DNA of 47,067 nucleotides from the NCBI GenBank assembly GCA_023205875.1, contig CP060766.1, forward strand, positions 558,001-605,067, given 5' to 3'. The first letter of the stretch is position 1. Every line of letters begins with the position of its first letter. Under the pieces are notes generated by a model, which ran no database searches, had not been told where the DNA came from, and worked only from the letters and a program-made list of their open reading frames with translations. A program made the position numbers and the translations under genes. Source of the DNA: Chloropicon primus (taxonomy: Eukaryota). Below, piece by piece: positions 29,444-39,412 of the stretch.

Positions 29444-30661
29444 ATGTTCTGGAGAGGGAAGAGGAAGGAGGAGAGCAAGGAGAATGCAGACGATGTGGAC
29501 ATCGAGTGCGGGCTCGGAGGGGTGAGACCGACCATGATAGACGAGATCGAGGTGCAAGGAGCGCTGGACATGGCCCAGGTTGCCCTGGCGAGCGTCAGAA
29601 GGCGAGCTGAGCAGAGCGAGGGAGAGGCCGTCCTGCTGTCCTTGCAGCTGCAGGACAACCAAGCGAAGGTTGAGAAGGAGCGGGAGCGGAGGACGAAGCT
29701 GGAGAGAGACATGAGAGAAAGGAACCAAAAGGTTTCCCAGCTGCAGAAGGCCGTGGCTGACGGCATCCTGAACAACAGGAGAGTCGAGACGGAGCTCTCC
29801 GTTGAGCGGGAGAGAGCGAGGACCGACCTCCGGACCGCCAAGGACACGATAAAGGAAAGGGACGGGAGGATTGCGGAGCTCGAGAAGGAGAAGGCTTCGC
29901 TTGGCCAGGAGCTGTCCGTCGTGAGAGAGCAGCTGGAGGAAGCCCTCTCGTCGAGCACCAGGGCGGACGTCCCCGAGCGCTCCAGGAGCAAGGTGGAGGA
30001 CAAGGCTGCGGTGCAAGAAGCGGAGAAGCTCAGTGACGAGGACGTCTCCGCTGCGGCCATGACCCTCGCACGGACGCTGGCCAGAGAGATGTCCGGGTTT
30101 GGGAGAGAAGGCCTCCGGACGGAGGCGAGTGCCACGGCGTCGGCTGCCCTCAAGCTCGCGGAAGCCCTCGGCGGCAACGCCGATCCTGCTTGGGTCGATG
30201 CCACTTCCTCCTTCCGCGCAGACCCATCCAGTGAGATGGACAAGGGGAATGCCCCAGCGACTCTGCCTTTGCAAGACAAGGAGAACTTCAACTACAACGC
30301 CTTTGGCCACTTCCGCGACGCGATGTCGAGCGCAAAAGCGAACAGAGCTTGCCTCACTTCCCCGAGCAAGAAGAGTCACTCTGGATTGGAGCCCCAAGGC
30401 AGCCTCATGGGCAGGAAGAGGGGCCTGAGCACAAGCAAGGCGTCTAACGTCAACAATGCCAGTTCAAAGAACGCTTCGCCGTGGCCTGCCCCTCTTGGGT
30501 CGACCCTCGGGCAGTTCCTTTCCTGGACTTCTGCGGAGAAGAAGCAGCTGAAGCCTCGCTGGGGCGGTGGCGGTGACATTGAGAACAACGCCGGCGAGAG
30601 CTTCACGTCCCAGCAGCAGCTAACTCAGAAGAATGTGGAGTACTCCCTAACTTCGTGGTAA
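29444..30661 (+). CDS. Uncharacterised coiled-coil protein
   Basis: Long ORF with coding-like bias and a heptad-rich E/R/K/L segment (LQLQDNQAKVEKERERRTKLERDMRE...). No recognisable family. Confidence 0.75.
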   Translation: MFWRGKRKEESKENADDVDIECGLGGVRPTMIDEIEVQGALDMAQVALASVRRRAEQSEGEAVLLSLQLQDNQAKVEKERERRTKLERDMRERNQKVSQLQKAVADGILNNRRVETELSVERERARTDLRTAKDTIKERDGRIAELEKEKASLGQELSVVREQLEEALSSSTRADVPERSRSKVEDKAAVQEAEKLSDEDVSAAAMTLARTLAREMSGFGREGLRTEASATASAALKLAEALGGNADPAWVDATSSFRADPSSEMDKGNAPATLPLQDKENFNYNAFGHFRDAMSSAKANRACLTSPSKKSHSGLEPQGSLMGRKRGLSTSKASNVNNASSKNASPWPAPLGSTLGQFLSWTSAEKKQLKPRWGGGGDIENNAGESFTSQQQLTQKNVEYSLTSW

Positions 30662-30709
30662 CACCGCACCCCGGAGGACGCGCATGATTCTAGAAAATCG
30701 GAACGTTTT

Positions 30710-31570
30710 TTAGTACAGACCTTTGAGCTTTTCCAGTAGATCCGACTTCTCCAGGCAGCCCGTCACGTCCACGCCCGCCTCGACCAAATATTTTTTCAAC
30801 TTTCCCACGGACAGCTGGGACGCTTCCTCGAAGGCCAACTTTGGTCCCCCACTTCCTTGGAGGCGCTGAACGAGAAAGTCCTTCATGTCATCAAGCTCTT
30901 CCATGCTGCAAGAGTGGCCGATGCCTCTGTACGTTCTGAAGGTGACGTCGTGACCCAGCTTGGAAAGGAAGGCGTTGCTCTTCTGTCCCAAAGCGACGGG
31001 AACCATTGGATCGGCATCCCCGTGGCCCACGAAGAAAGGGAGAGCGCTGTTCGCCCCGTTGCCGCCAAAGAAGCTCCCGACCCAACTGCTGAGAACCACG
31101 CAGCCCGCCAGCTTCACGTCGCACTCCAGCGCCGCCCTCGCGGCCACGTGCCCGCCCTGCGAGAAGCCACCGAGGATGATCTTCTCCGGCGGAATGCCCG
31201 CCACCTCGATCTCCTTCTTCACGAGCTCAAGGCAGTACTTGACGCTGTCCTTGACCCCTTCCTCCCCGATATGCTTGTCCATATCCTCCTTGCTCACCTC
31301 CTCCGCGCTCTCTATGCGCGTAGCGTCCAAGGGAAGATCCTTGATGTCGAACCACCCAGGCATCGCCATGCCCATGTTGCAGCTGATTGGACGCGTAGGA
31401 GCCGTCGGGTAAAGCCACTTCACTCCAGGAATCTGCAGCTGCTGCCCGGTGAAGCTCCACCCCTCCCCCGTGTCCCCGAGACCATGAAGCATGATGACGG
31501 TGGCCTCGTGATTGGAGTTGTGCACCGGAGCCGTCTCATAAACCTTCCCGAATGGGTACGCATACGACAT
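30710..31570 (-). CDS. Acyl-protein thioesterase / phospholipase-carboxylesterase (LYPLA/APT family) with a short C-terminal helical extension
   Basis: IMLHGLGDTG, PTAPTRPISCNMGMAMPGWFDI, nucleophile GGFSQGG, HGDADPMVP and GIGHS give a Ser-Asp-His triad. Confidence 0.93.
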   Translation of the reverse strand: MSYAYPFGKVYETAPVHNSNHEATVIMLHGLGDTGEGWSFTGQQLQIPGVKWLYPTAPTRPISCNMGMAMPGWFDIKDLPLDATRIESAEEVSKEDMDKHIGEEGVKDSVKYCLELVKKEIEVAGIPPEKIILGGFSQGGHVAARAALECDVKLAGCVVLSSWVGSFFGGNGANSALPFFVGHGDADPMVPVALGQKSNAFLSKLGHDVTFRTYRGIGHSCSMEELDDMKDFLVQRLQGSGGPKLAFEEASQLSVGKLKKYLVEAGVDVTGCLEKSDLLEKLKGLY

Positions 31571-32028
31571 TGTGGCCACCTTTCTTCTCGCACCCCTGGC
31601 CTTCCCTACCCCACTGCAGCGTCCATCCCCATCCCCATCCATCATCCATCAAGAGCAAAGAGCAAAGAGAGAAGAAACGTGTTTGGTTGAGTCCGAGGCT
31701 TCTTTCGAAAGAGGAAGAGGAAGAGAAGACCATTCCGTCCCTCCGCGATGCTTTCGTTCTCCTCCACAACTCTCAACCTGCTTCATCCCCACGGCGAAGA
31801 TGAAGTCCATGGTGAAGTGGATCACCAAGTTGATCCCGAAAGAAAGCGGAAGGCAAACGAAGCGGAGCGGAGCGGAGGGTGTTGAGGTCGTAATTCATTG
31901 CTCCGACCGGTTCGATCGCGCTTCCTCTCTCTCTCCTTGTCCTTGCGCTCCACTCGTACGCACCTGAGACGAAGCCCTCGCGAACAGGGCGCCAGCATCC
32001 CCTCACAAAAGTGAAGAGCCTTGGCGCC

Positions 32029-32082
32029 ATGGAGGACACGACGACGACGACGACGACGACGACGAGCGCGCAACAACAAGCG

Positions 32083-32115
<33 letters not shown>

Positions 32116-33030
32116 GGTGTCGATGCAGACGCCAAGGTGCAGGCAACGAAAGGGCAAGGGCAAGGGCAAGGGCAAGGGCCTCAGGTTGAGCAGCATGGGA
32201 ACGTGATTGTGGGTTTGGATGGGAAGGTGAAGAAGAGGAGAGGGAGGCCGCCCGGTTCGAAGACGAAGAAGAGGCATCATGGCGGAGGGACCTTGTACTC
32301 GAACTTGGCTCAACTCGGCGGAAGTGGGAATGCCTTGGCACAAAACGAACTCGCTCGTTCTGTGTTGGGAGGAAACCATGGGTCCACGAGTTTGCATGGT
32401 TTGCATCAGCTTGGAACATCATTGCATGCCTCTTCGGTTGTTGGTTTAGCATCTGGTCACGGTGGGAGGCCTCTCTTGGCGAGTGGTGGGGGAAATTCAG
32501 GGCTAAGGGATGGGCAGAGTCAAAAGCAGAGGGCGAGGAACGGGTTGGAGTTGGCGGCACTGGATCTCTTGGCGTGTCTCCAGCCCAAGGAGGTGGGCAA
32601 GCCCTTCGAGTCGTTGGGGGACGCATGCGAGAGGCTTTATCCTTACCACGTGGTGTACGAGGAAAACTTCCCGGACGCCAAGGGGGAGGAGGCGGGAGGG
32701 AGTGACAAGTCCGAGCGGGAGCGCGCGGGACCGGCGCCCAAGCCGGAGGGTGTGGCCGGTGGAAACGAGAAGGGTGACCTGTCCGAGTTCGAGGAGCTTT
32801 CGTTCTACAACAAGTGGCGCACGTACTTGGACTACAAGTGCGCCTCGATGTGCAATAGAATGATGCTGCTCGAGGAGAGGTTCATGAACTGCGTGAAGGA
32901 GACTGTGACCGAGCAGCTCCTGGACAACTGGCAGCTGGAGTACATGAACTTGACAGAAGCAATCGCAGAGAGACGCAGGGAGAGGGAGAGGAACGCTTCA
33001 ATGCCCGGAGTGGCCAAGGATATGAGATGA
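32029..33030 (+). CDS. AT-hook plus GLTSCR1-domain protein (BICRA-like SWI/SNF-associated)
   Basis: AT-hook KKRRGRPPGS. KPFESLGDACERLYPYHV resembles the GLTSCR1 core (PF.S..DA..RLLPYHV). C-terminal coiled coil. Confidence 0.72.
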
Positions 33031-33143
33031 AATGGAAAGCGTACATGTACATATACATAAGAAAATACTTCTACAACTTACACTTCCCGGGGAGCGGGAG
33101 GCCAACCTCCCCCACTGTGCTTTGGCCTCCCGCGGTCATCCCA

Positions 33144-34727
33144 TCACAACGCGTGCTTGGCCTCGGAAAGGGCCTCGGACGCCATCTCCCTCACTGTCTC
33201 CTTCAGTATCCAGGTGAAAAGCAGGTTGACCACGCGGCTCCAATTCTTCCTGCAGTGGTTAGTGCACCTCTGCATCTTCCTGCCGACGGTCTCCCATTTT
33301 ATGGAACCCCCGTTCCGGTTGTAGCAGTCGACCACGGACTTGTGAAGGTCGATCGCCTCGTCGTCTGTCCAATCGCCTTTCTTGAGGTCCGGATCGATCA
33401 GAGTGTACCTCTCCCGGCACTGCCTGTCCGACTTGTTGTCGATGAACTTTGCCACTTTAGACCACTTCCTTCCCTCCTCGGCCACCTTCTTCAACAAAAT
33501 CTCGTCCTCCTCCTCCGTCCACTTGTTGCTTGCCTTTCGACCAGTGCTGCCGGCACCGAGTTGGGTCTGGCTCTGGGGCTTCTTCTTCCCCTTCGCACCG
33601 GACCCGTCGGGCTGCTGCTGGGTCTCCTTGACCAGGACGTTCCATCTCTGCAAGCACTGCTTGCCGGTCTTCTCCGGGAACGAAGCCGCGATCCTTGACC
33701 ACATGTTCCACCGCTCACCATCCATGATCTCCTCGCCCTTGACGGCTGCGGTAAGCAGGGCATCCTCCTCCTTGGTCCAAGAGGCGGCCGTAGGCCTCCT
33801 CTTCCTGTTCTTCTGATAGTACTGGAGGCAGTCCACGGGCCTCTTCCTGTTCGCCCCTGTGCCGCTTGAGCCCGCACCCCTTCGGTCCATGGTCTCCTCG
33901 TATTCCCTCGCGACCGCCTCCCAGTTCCTCACCTCGTGGTCCTTGGCGATCTTGATGAGCCTGTCCCCTTGCGCGTTGGTGAACTCGGCGCTCGGGATCG
34001 CTGGGTCCGCGTGGTACGTCCACTGCCACAGGCACTCCTGTGGCCCCCTGCCCCTTGCACCATCCACCCCCTTGGTCACCCCCTTGGTCAACTCATTCAC
34101 CCTCTTGCCGACCTTGTCCCAATCCAAGTTGTCCACGTGACGCCTGTCCTCCTCACTCACAAGCGTCGTCAACTGGTAGACCTCCTGATACTGTGTCCTG
34201 TAGTTCCTCAGCAGGTTCTCCTCCGTCTCCTCCTCCTCCACCTGATGCTTCGCCTTGTGCGACTGCGACACCATCTCCTTCCCGCACATCTTCATCCGAA
34301 CCACCTCGCTCCTCACGACGTTCACGAGCTCCTTGGTCTCCCTCTCCGTCCACCGGTACGCCATAGGGTTGAAGGGGATGGGCATGCTCATGGTATACTC
34401 GGCCAACTTCACCGTGTCTTCGTTCGGTTTGGGAACCGTCCCGTTGCAGCTGACGAAGTACCTCGAAGGGGGGACCTCCACGGACCTTCCGCTTTCGTTG
34501 ACCGGATAGAACATCGTCTCCATCTCCTTGTGGTACACGACCTCCAAGCCCAACGCCCGATGCTCTTTGTATTCCATCCTCTTCCTCAACGCGTCGATCT
34601 TCCTCAAGGTCATCCCGTTCTCCTCCTTTTGTTTTCGCACCAGCTCCAACACACGACTCAGGTGTGCCTGCAGTGACCGGTTCGTCACCAGCAGGCTCCG
34701 CAGCGCCTCGGCCTCCGGCACCTCCAT
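33144..34727 (-). CDS. SNAPC4: Multi-repeat Myb protein, snRNA-activating complex subunit 4 (SNAP190/MYB4R1)-like
   Basis: N-terminal coiled coil (NRSLQAHL...), YF..NG.VPKPNEDT, then about 4.5 Myb repeats (W/FT..ED..L...W..IA......QC..RW). Confidence 0.78.
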   Translation of the reverse strand: MEVPEAEALRSLLVTNRSLQAHLSRVLELVRKQKEENGMTLRKIDALRKRMEYKEHRALGLEVVYHKEMETMFYPVNESGRSVEVPPSRYFVSCNGTVPKPNEDTVKLAEYTMSMPIPFNPMAYRWTERETKELVNVVRSEVVRMKMCGKEMVSQSHKAKHQVEEEETEENLLRNYRTQYQEVYQLTTLVSEEDRRHVDNLDWDKVGKRVNELTKGVTKGVDGARGRGPQECLWQWTYHADPAIPSAEFTNAQGDRLIKIAKDHEVRNWEAVAREYEETMDRRGAGSSGTGANRKRPVDCLQYYQKNRKRRPTAASWTKEEDALLTAAVKGEEIMDGERWNMWSRIAASFPEKTGKQCLQRWNVLVKETQQQPDGSGAKGKKKPQSQTQLGAGSTGRKASNKWTEEEDEILLKKVAEEGRKWSKVAKFIDNKSDRQCRERYTLIDPDLKKGDWTDDEAIDLHKSVVDCYNRNGGSIKWETVGRKMQRCTNHCRKNWSRVVNLLFTWILKETVREMASEALSEAKHAL

Positions 34728-34828
34728 CGACACGACGACGACAGCCACCACCACGACGACCGCGACGACCGCCAGCGCAGGAGCAGCTTTCGTAACTGCT
34801 GGAGGGGAGGTGGAGGGGATGGAGGCAA

Positions 34829-35205
34829 GGCGGAAGGAAGGAGAGGGAGGAGGAGGGGGGTCTGCATTGCCTGATCATGGCCCCCTTGCTCTTGATCTTG
34901 CTCTCTCTGCTTCCAATGAGCGAGGACACAAGGACGAGAGAGACAGAGAGACAAGGAGAGGATGAAGTGCAGAAGATCAGAGGAGGAGGGGAGAAGGCGG
35001 AAGGAAGGAGAGGGAGGAGGGGGGTCTGCATTGCCTGATCATGGCCCCCTTGCTCTTGATCTTGCTCTCTCTGCTTCCAATGAGCGAGGACACAAGGACG
35101 AGAGAGACAGAGAGACAAGGAGAGGATGAAGTGCAGAAGAGGGGAGAAGGCGGAAGGAAGGGGAGGGGAGGGGGAGGGGGAGGGGGCCTGCATTGTCTGA
35201 TCATG
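34829..35205. repeat. Tandem repeat, ~163-bp unit x ~2.3, upstream of SNAPC4
   Basis: CTGCATTGYCTGATCATGG recurs at about 34862, 35026 and 35188; the first two units are nearly identical. Confidence 0.9.
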
Positions 35206-35274
35206 GGCTGGCGTCGTGTCGCTAACGTACGACTACAAGGAAGGAACGGAAAAGTTTCTTGTGCTGGTTCGGGA

Positions 35275-35967
35275 TCAGATCATTGCATACTTGGCAAGGG
35301 AAGCCTGGTTGGGAACGATTCCGTCGAAGAAGGTCGCCTCCGCGTATTGGAGGAGGTGGATCGAAGCCAAGCAGGACTTGTAATCGAAAGCATCTTTCGG
35401 CTCGACGCCAGCCAAGACGCCTCGAACTTGCTCCTCGAACGCGGCTGCATTCTTTTCCTCCAAGCCCTTGGCGAACCTCTCCAAATATGGCAGGGGCCCG
35501 ACGTCGCTTGCGGCGACGCTGATGAGGTGGCACATCTTCGACCACGCCCTCAAGTTGACGAGCATCGCGAGCGCGATGGTCCCCTTGCTCTCCGTGGCCA
35601 TGATCGAGGTGAACACGGCCGCATAGACTTGGCACATGGGCAAGGGAGCGACGCCGTGCACGACCTCCCCCCAAGTCTTGCCAAAGGTCGTCAACAAAGT
35701 GGCCAGCAGATCCTTCTTCGACTCGACGATCGAGGCCTTCATGTCGAGCAAGAACCGATCCTCGCCGTGCTTGGCCAGGGCCAGGTCCACGGCCTTGAGC
35801 ATCGCCCTCGTGATGAAGACCTCCTGCTCGCAGATCCTCCTCACAACCTTTCTCATCTGATCCCTTGAGGCCCCGGCCAAACCCCTGTGCACCGGGTGCT
35901 CCTCCAACGCCTCCTCCAAACGCCGAAGCTCCGGCTCCTTCTGGATCCACTCCATTGCGCACTCCAT
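35275..35967 (-). CDS. TenA/THI-4 (heme-oxygenase-like fold) family protein
   Basis: Pattern LEEHP, ICEQEVFI, PLPMCQVYAA, ALAMLVNLRAWSKMC, YLERFA and LLQYAEATFFDG resembles prokaryotic TenA-like proteins. The start could be 35955, 35967 or 36234. Confidence 0.65.
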   Translation of the reverse strand: MECAMEWIQKEPELRRLEEALEEHPVHRGLAGASRDQMRKVVRRICEQEVFITRAMLKAVDLALAKHGEDRFLLDMKASIVESKKDLLATLLTTFGKTWGEVVHGVAPLPMCQVYAAVFTSIMATESKGTIALAMLVNLRAWSKMCHLISVAASDVGPLPYLERFAKGLEEKNAAAFEEQVRGVLAGVEPKDAFDYKSCLASIHLLQYAEATFFDGIVPNQASLAKYAMI

Positions 35968-35979
35968 CCCGCCGCTGTG

Positions 35980-36097
35980 CTCGACAACGGATGACGATGA
36001 ACCCTTGCCGAGACTCAAGCAAGAGCAATGCCTATGCCCCTCGACCACGGATGATGACGATGAACCCTTGCTGAGACTCAAGCAATGAGCGATGCCT
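35980..36097. repeat. Direct repeat, ~60 bp x 2
   Basis: CTCGACMACGGATGA(TGA)CGATGAACCCTTGCYGAGACTCAAGCAA occurs at about 35980 and 36040. Confidence 0.8.
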
Positions 36098-36279
36098 GGA
36101 CGGTTGCCTCCCATGTGTTTCCCTCCATGTTTCCCTCCATGGACCCGCTCTCGTCCTCGGTCTCGGCATCGGGACGCCTCGGTCTCGGCATGTGCGTGAC
36201 CTGGCGCTTCAGACCTTTTTTCTTCCTCTTCCATGGGCGACGGCGGTAGACTTGGCTGAGACGACAGCGACCGAGGACA

Positions 36280-37599
36280 GTGACGATGAGAGTGACGATG
36301 ACGATGAGACCAGGTGCGAGGATGCGGACCGCGGCCGCTGCATCGGTGCCGCAATCGATGAGAGCGGCGCGATTGAGGAGGTACTTGGGAAGGTACTCCA
36401 GGTGGAAGATGGCGGAGCATGGTCCGGTGAGGGCGATTGCAGAGGGAGGGATCGACTCGACGATGGTGGAGGCCTGGCTCTCGATGGTGGAGTGCGATGC
36501 GCTCAAGGAGAAGATCGTGAGGGAGAGGGGAAGGGCGTCGTCTGCGGCGACGCTTGACCTCTCGAGGGGGGAGGAGGAGTGCGCGAAGGTGATGAGAGAG
36601 GCGGCATTCGGTGGCACGGGATTTTTTTACCTCAAGGGTCATGGCATCCCGAGGGAGACCCTGGACGGCGTGATGAGGAGCCACTCTTGGTTCTTCGAAC
36701 AGGAAGCCGAGCTGAAGAACACCTTCAGGCCAACAACGAAGTTCCAAGAGCCTCTTGGCTACAAGGACGCTCAGGTCGAGAACATTCTTGTCGAGAAGGA
36801 GTCCCAGACAAAGCCTGATTTCAGGGAGCACCTTCGAGTCGCGAGGAAGCGTTACCAGTACGACTTTCACAAGGAAACGGGCGTCGACACGTCCGTGTTG
36901 GATGCGCACAACATCTCAGAAATGGACGGCGACCACCTCCATTGGGTGGGCCAGGAGGACGCCGGCGGGAGACCCAGACCCCGGGACGACGACGACGGTG
37001 CTTTGGATGATTTCAAGCGCAGGGTGGAGGCATACTACTCGGAAGCGTTCAAGCTCAGCAGGAAGGTTCATCGCATCACCGCGCTTTCCCTCGGCCTGGA
37101 CGCGGACGCCTTCGACCGTTACTTTCAGAGACCTCTCGACATCTTGATGCTGAATCACTATCCCGCGATCAAGAGGGACGCGGCCAAGGGGGAGGTCGGC
37201 ATGGGAGCCCACTGCGACTTTGCGTTCACCACCTTGCTCCTGACCGACGGCACGGAGGGCCTGCAGGTCTGCAAGGACAAGAACCGGCCCGTCGAGGAGC
37301 GGGAGTGGGAGTGGATCACACCGGAGGAGGGGACCTTCGTCATCAACTTTGGAGACGCCCTGGAGAGGCTGACGAACGGCAATTACAAGTCCGTCCTCCA
37401 CCGAGTCGCCAATGTGAGCGGCAGGGAGAGGAAATCCGTGGCCTTCTTCTGCGAGCCCAGCGCGGACGCCAGGATCAAGCCGCTGGCGATGTCGGACGGT
37501 GACGATCGCGGAGCCGGGGAGGGGGAGGGGGAGGAGGGGGAGACCTACGCGAGGTACCTCAAGAGGAGGTTTTCGGGCATCTCGGAAGACCTCCAGTAG
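36280..37599 (+). CDS. 2-oxoglutarate/Fe(II)-dependent dioxygenase (DIOX_N + 2OG-FeII_Oxy, IPNS-like)
   Basis: GFFYLKGHGIP, LNHYP, HCD (HxD) in GAHCDFAFTTLL, INFGDALERLTNGNYKSVLHRV and RKS (RxS). The true start may be a downstream Met. Confidence 0.93.
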   Translation: MTMRVTMTMRPGARMRTAAAASVPQSMRAARLRRYLGRYSRWKMAEHGPVRAIAEGGIDSTMVEAWLSMVECDALKEKIVRERGRASSAATLDLSRGEEECAKVMREAAFGGTGFFYLKGHGIPRETLDGVMRSHSWFFEQEAELKNTFRPTTKFQEPLGYKDAQVENILVEKESQTKPDFREHLRVARKRYQYDFHKETGVDTSVLDAHNISEMDGDHLHWVGQEDAGGRPRPRDDDDGALDDFKRRVEAYYSEAFKLSRKVHRITALSLGLDADAFDRYFQRPLDILMLNHYPAIKRDAAKGEVGMGAHCDFAFTTLLLTDGTEGLQVCKDKNRPVEEREWEWITPEEGTFVINFGDALERLTNGNYKSVLHRVANVSGRERKSVAFFCEPSADARIKPLAMSDGDDRGAGEGEGEEGETYARYLKRRFSGISEDLQ

Positions 37600-37978
37600 C
37601 AACCCGGGATAGACTGCAGGGTTTGGGCCGCTTGCGACATCAAGACTACGCACCTCGACGACGACCGGCGAGTGGTGGTTTCTCCTTTACACTTTTCTAA
37701 TTTTAATTCATTCAACAACAAAGGAAAAAAAGAAGAAGACCAGGACTCTGGGAGCAGCCAGACCCTCGCTGGCTCTGCCGCCATCATTGTCCCCTCTCTA
37801 ACCCGAGATGCAGTGTGAAATGAAGAGGCTGGGCTCGTTCCATCATCATCCTCGGATGTGCATGTGTGTCCCAATAATATTATTGTATGCAAAAATGCTT
37901 TTGGGGTGTGTGTGCGTGCGTCGCAAAAGACTTCCCGCAAGTCTAACACTCCACCCAATAAGTTAGTTAGTTAGTTGG

Positions 37979-39412
37979 TTAGTTCCCCTTGCAAAAGTCT
38001 TCGATTCTGTTCCAGGCCTCCTCGAGGACGGACATGGGCGCGGCGGAGACGATGCGGACGAATCCGGGGGATCCGAAGAGGACGCCGGGGAGCGTGAACA
38101 CGTTCTGCTGCTCCAAGAGCTCCCGGCACCACTTGACGTCGTCGCTGTCCATGGCGTCCGCCACCTCCTTGTTCGAGGTTGGCACCTGGAAGAAGAGGTA
38201 CATGGCCCCCTTGGGCACGCTCAGGCACTGCAGCCCGGGGCACCTGTTGCACCTCTCCAGGCAGTACTCCGCCCCCTTCTTCATCGTCAGGTTCAGCTTC
38301 CGGTGGTAGGACTCCGGGGTCTTCTCCAGGACCACGGGGGCCGCCGCCTGAATCAGGGAGGTGGGCGTCATCCCGATCTGGCACAAGGCCGCGATTCCGG
38401 TGTAGAGTCCCGCCTTCTCCAGGGACTCGCCGGCGTCGTCGTAGAGCGCCAGCCAGCCCGTCCTCCACCCCGGGACCAGGAACCTCTTGGACAAGGCGCT
38501 GCAGGAGAGCACGGGGGGCCTCTGGCTCCCAAGCCTGCTGTGTGCGATCTCCGCCATGTACTGGAAGTCGCCGTCGCCGGCACCGCCGTTCTCCTCGTCC
38601 GCCGACGACCCCGCGCCGCCGACCTGCACCTGATACGTCATGTGGGCGTACACCTCGTCGGCCACCACGGGGATCCCCCTCCTGTACGCGAACCTCAGGA
38701 GTTCCTCGATGTGGTCCGGGGAGTACGAGTGGCTGGTCGGGTTGCCCGGGTTGCACACCAGCAGACAGCACGTGTCCTGGTCGCACTTGGCCTCCAGGTC
38801 CTCGAGGCAGGACTGCCAGCCCCTGTCGCTCAGCAGCTTGTAGGGCCTCGCCTCCGCGTTCACGAACTCGCAGATGGTGTTGTAGAGGGGGAAGGCCGGG
38901 TTGGGGACGAGAACGTTCGACCCGTCCTTGGCCAGGGCCGTGAGGGCGAACTGCAGGGCCTGCGAGCACCCGCTCGTGACGAACACGGCGTTCTCCCCGA
39001 GCGCCGGCCTGATCTCCCGAGTGATGGCTTCCCTGAAGGCCGGGGACCCGCACGAGTGCTGGTACCCGTGGACCTGCTTGGTGGTGAGAGCCTCACCCTG
39101 GATCGCCTCCACCACGGCGTCCTTGGCCTCCTGCGGCGGGGAAAGCCCCAAGGCGGTTGGGTCCCCGAGGCTCAGGTCCATCCTCTTGGGGTACGGCACG
39201 CCCGTCTTCTCGTTCACCTCCCCCTCCTTGGGCGCGTTCCTCAGTATCCTCTCCACGAACACCCTGATCCTGTTCTTGGGCCTGGCCGCCATGGACCCCA
39301 GCACCAAGTTCATCTTCTTCGTGTTGTTGGTGGTGGTGTTGTTGGTGGTGTTGTTGTTGGTGGTGCTGTTCTGGTCGACCGAGGTCTCCTGTTGGGAAGG
39401 CATTTGAGTCAT
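37979..39412 (-). CDS. TAT: Tyrosine/nicotianamine aminotransferase-like PLP enzyme (class I/II)
   Basis: DLSLGDPT, FVTSGCSQAL, CNPGNPT, VADEVY and PLP-Lys motif SALSKRFLVPGWRTGW. The start is uncertain (39412 or 39313). Confidence 0.88.
   Translation of the reverse strand: MTQMPSQQETSVDQNSTTNNNTTNNTTTNNTKKMNLVLGSMAARPKNRIRVFVERILRNAPKEGEVNEKTGVPYPKRMDLSLGDPTALGLSPPQEAKDAVVEAIQGEALTTKQVHGYQHSCGSPAFREAITREIRPALGENAVFVTSGCSQALQFALTALAKDGSNVLVPNPAFPLYNTICEFVNAEARPYKLLSDRGWQSCLEDLEAKCDQDTCCLLVCNPGNPTSHSYSPDHIEELLRFAYRRGIPVVADEVYAHMTYQVQVGGAGSSADEENGGAGDGDFQYMAEIAHSRLGSQRPPVLSCSALSKRFLVPGWRTGWLALYDDAGESLEKAGLYTGIAALCQIGMTPTSLIQAAAPVVLEKTPESYHRKLNLTMKKGAEYCLERCNRCPGLQCLSVPKGAMYLFFQVPTSNKEVADAMDSDDVKWCRELLEQQNVFTLPGVLFGSPGFVRIVSAAPMSVLEEAWNRIEDFCKGN

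Noticed and set aside
36040..36100. C/D snoRNA suggested by ATGATGA...CTGA
   Set aside because: The boxes are only ~13 nt apart, there is no terminal D box or stem, and the other repeat copy lacks CTGA.
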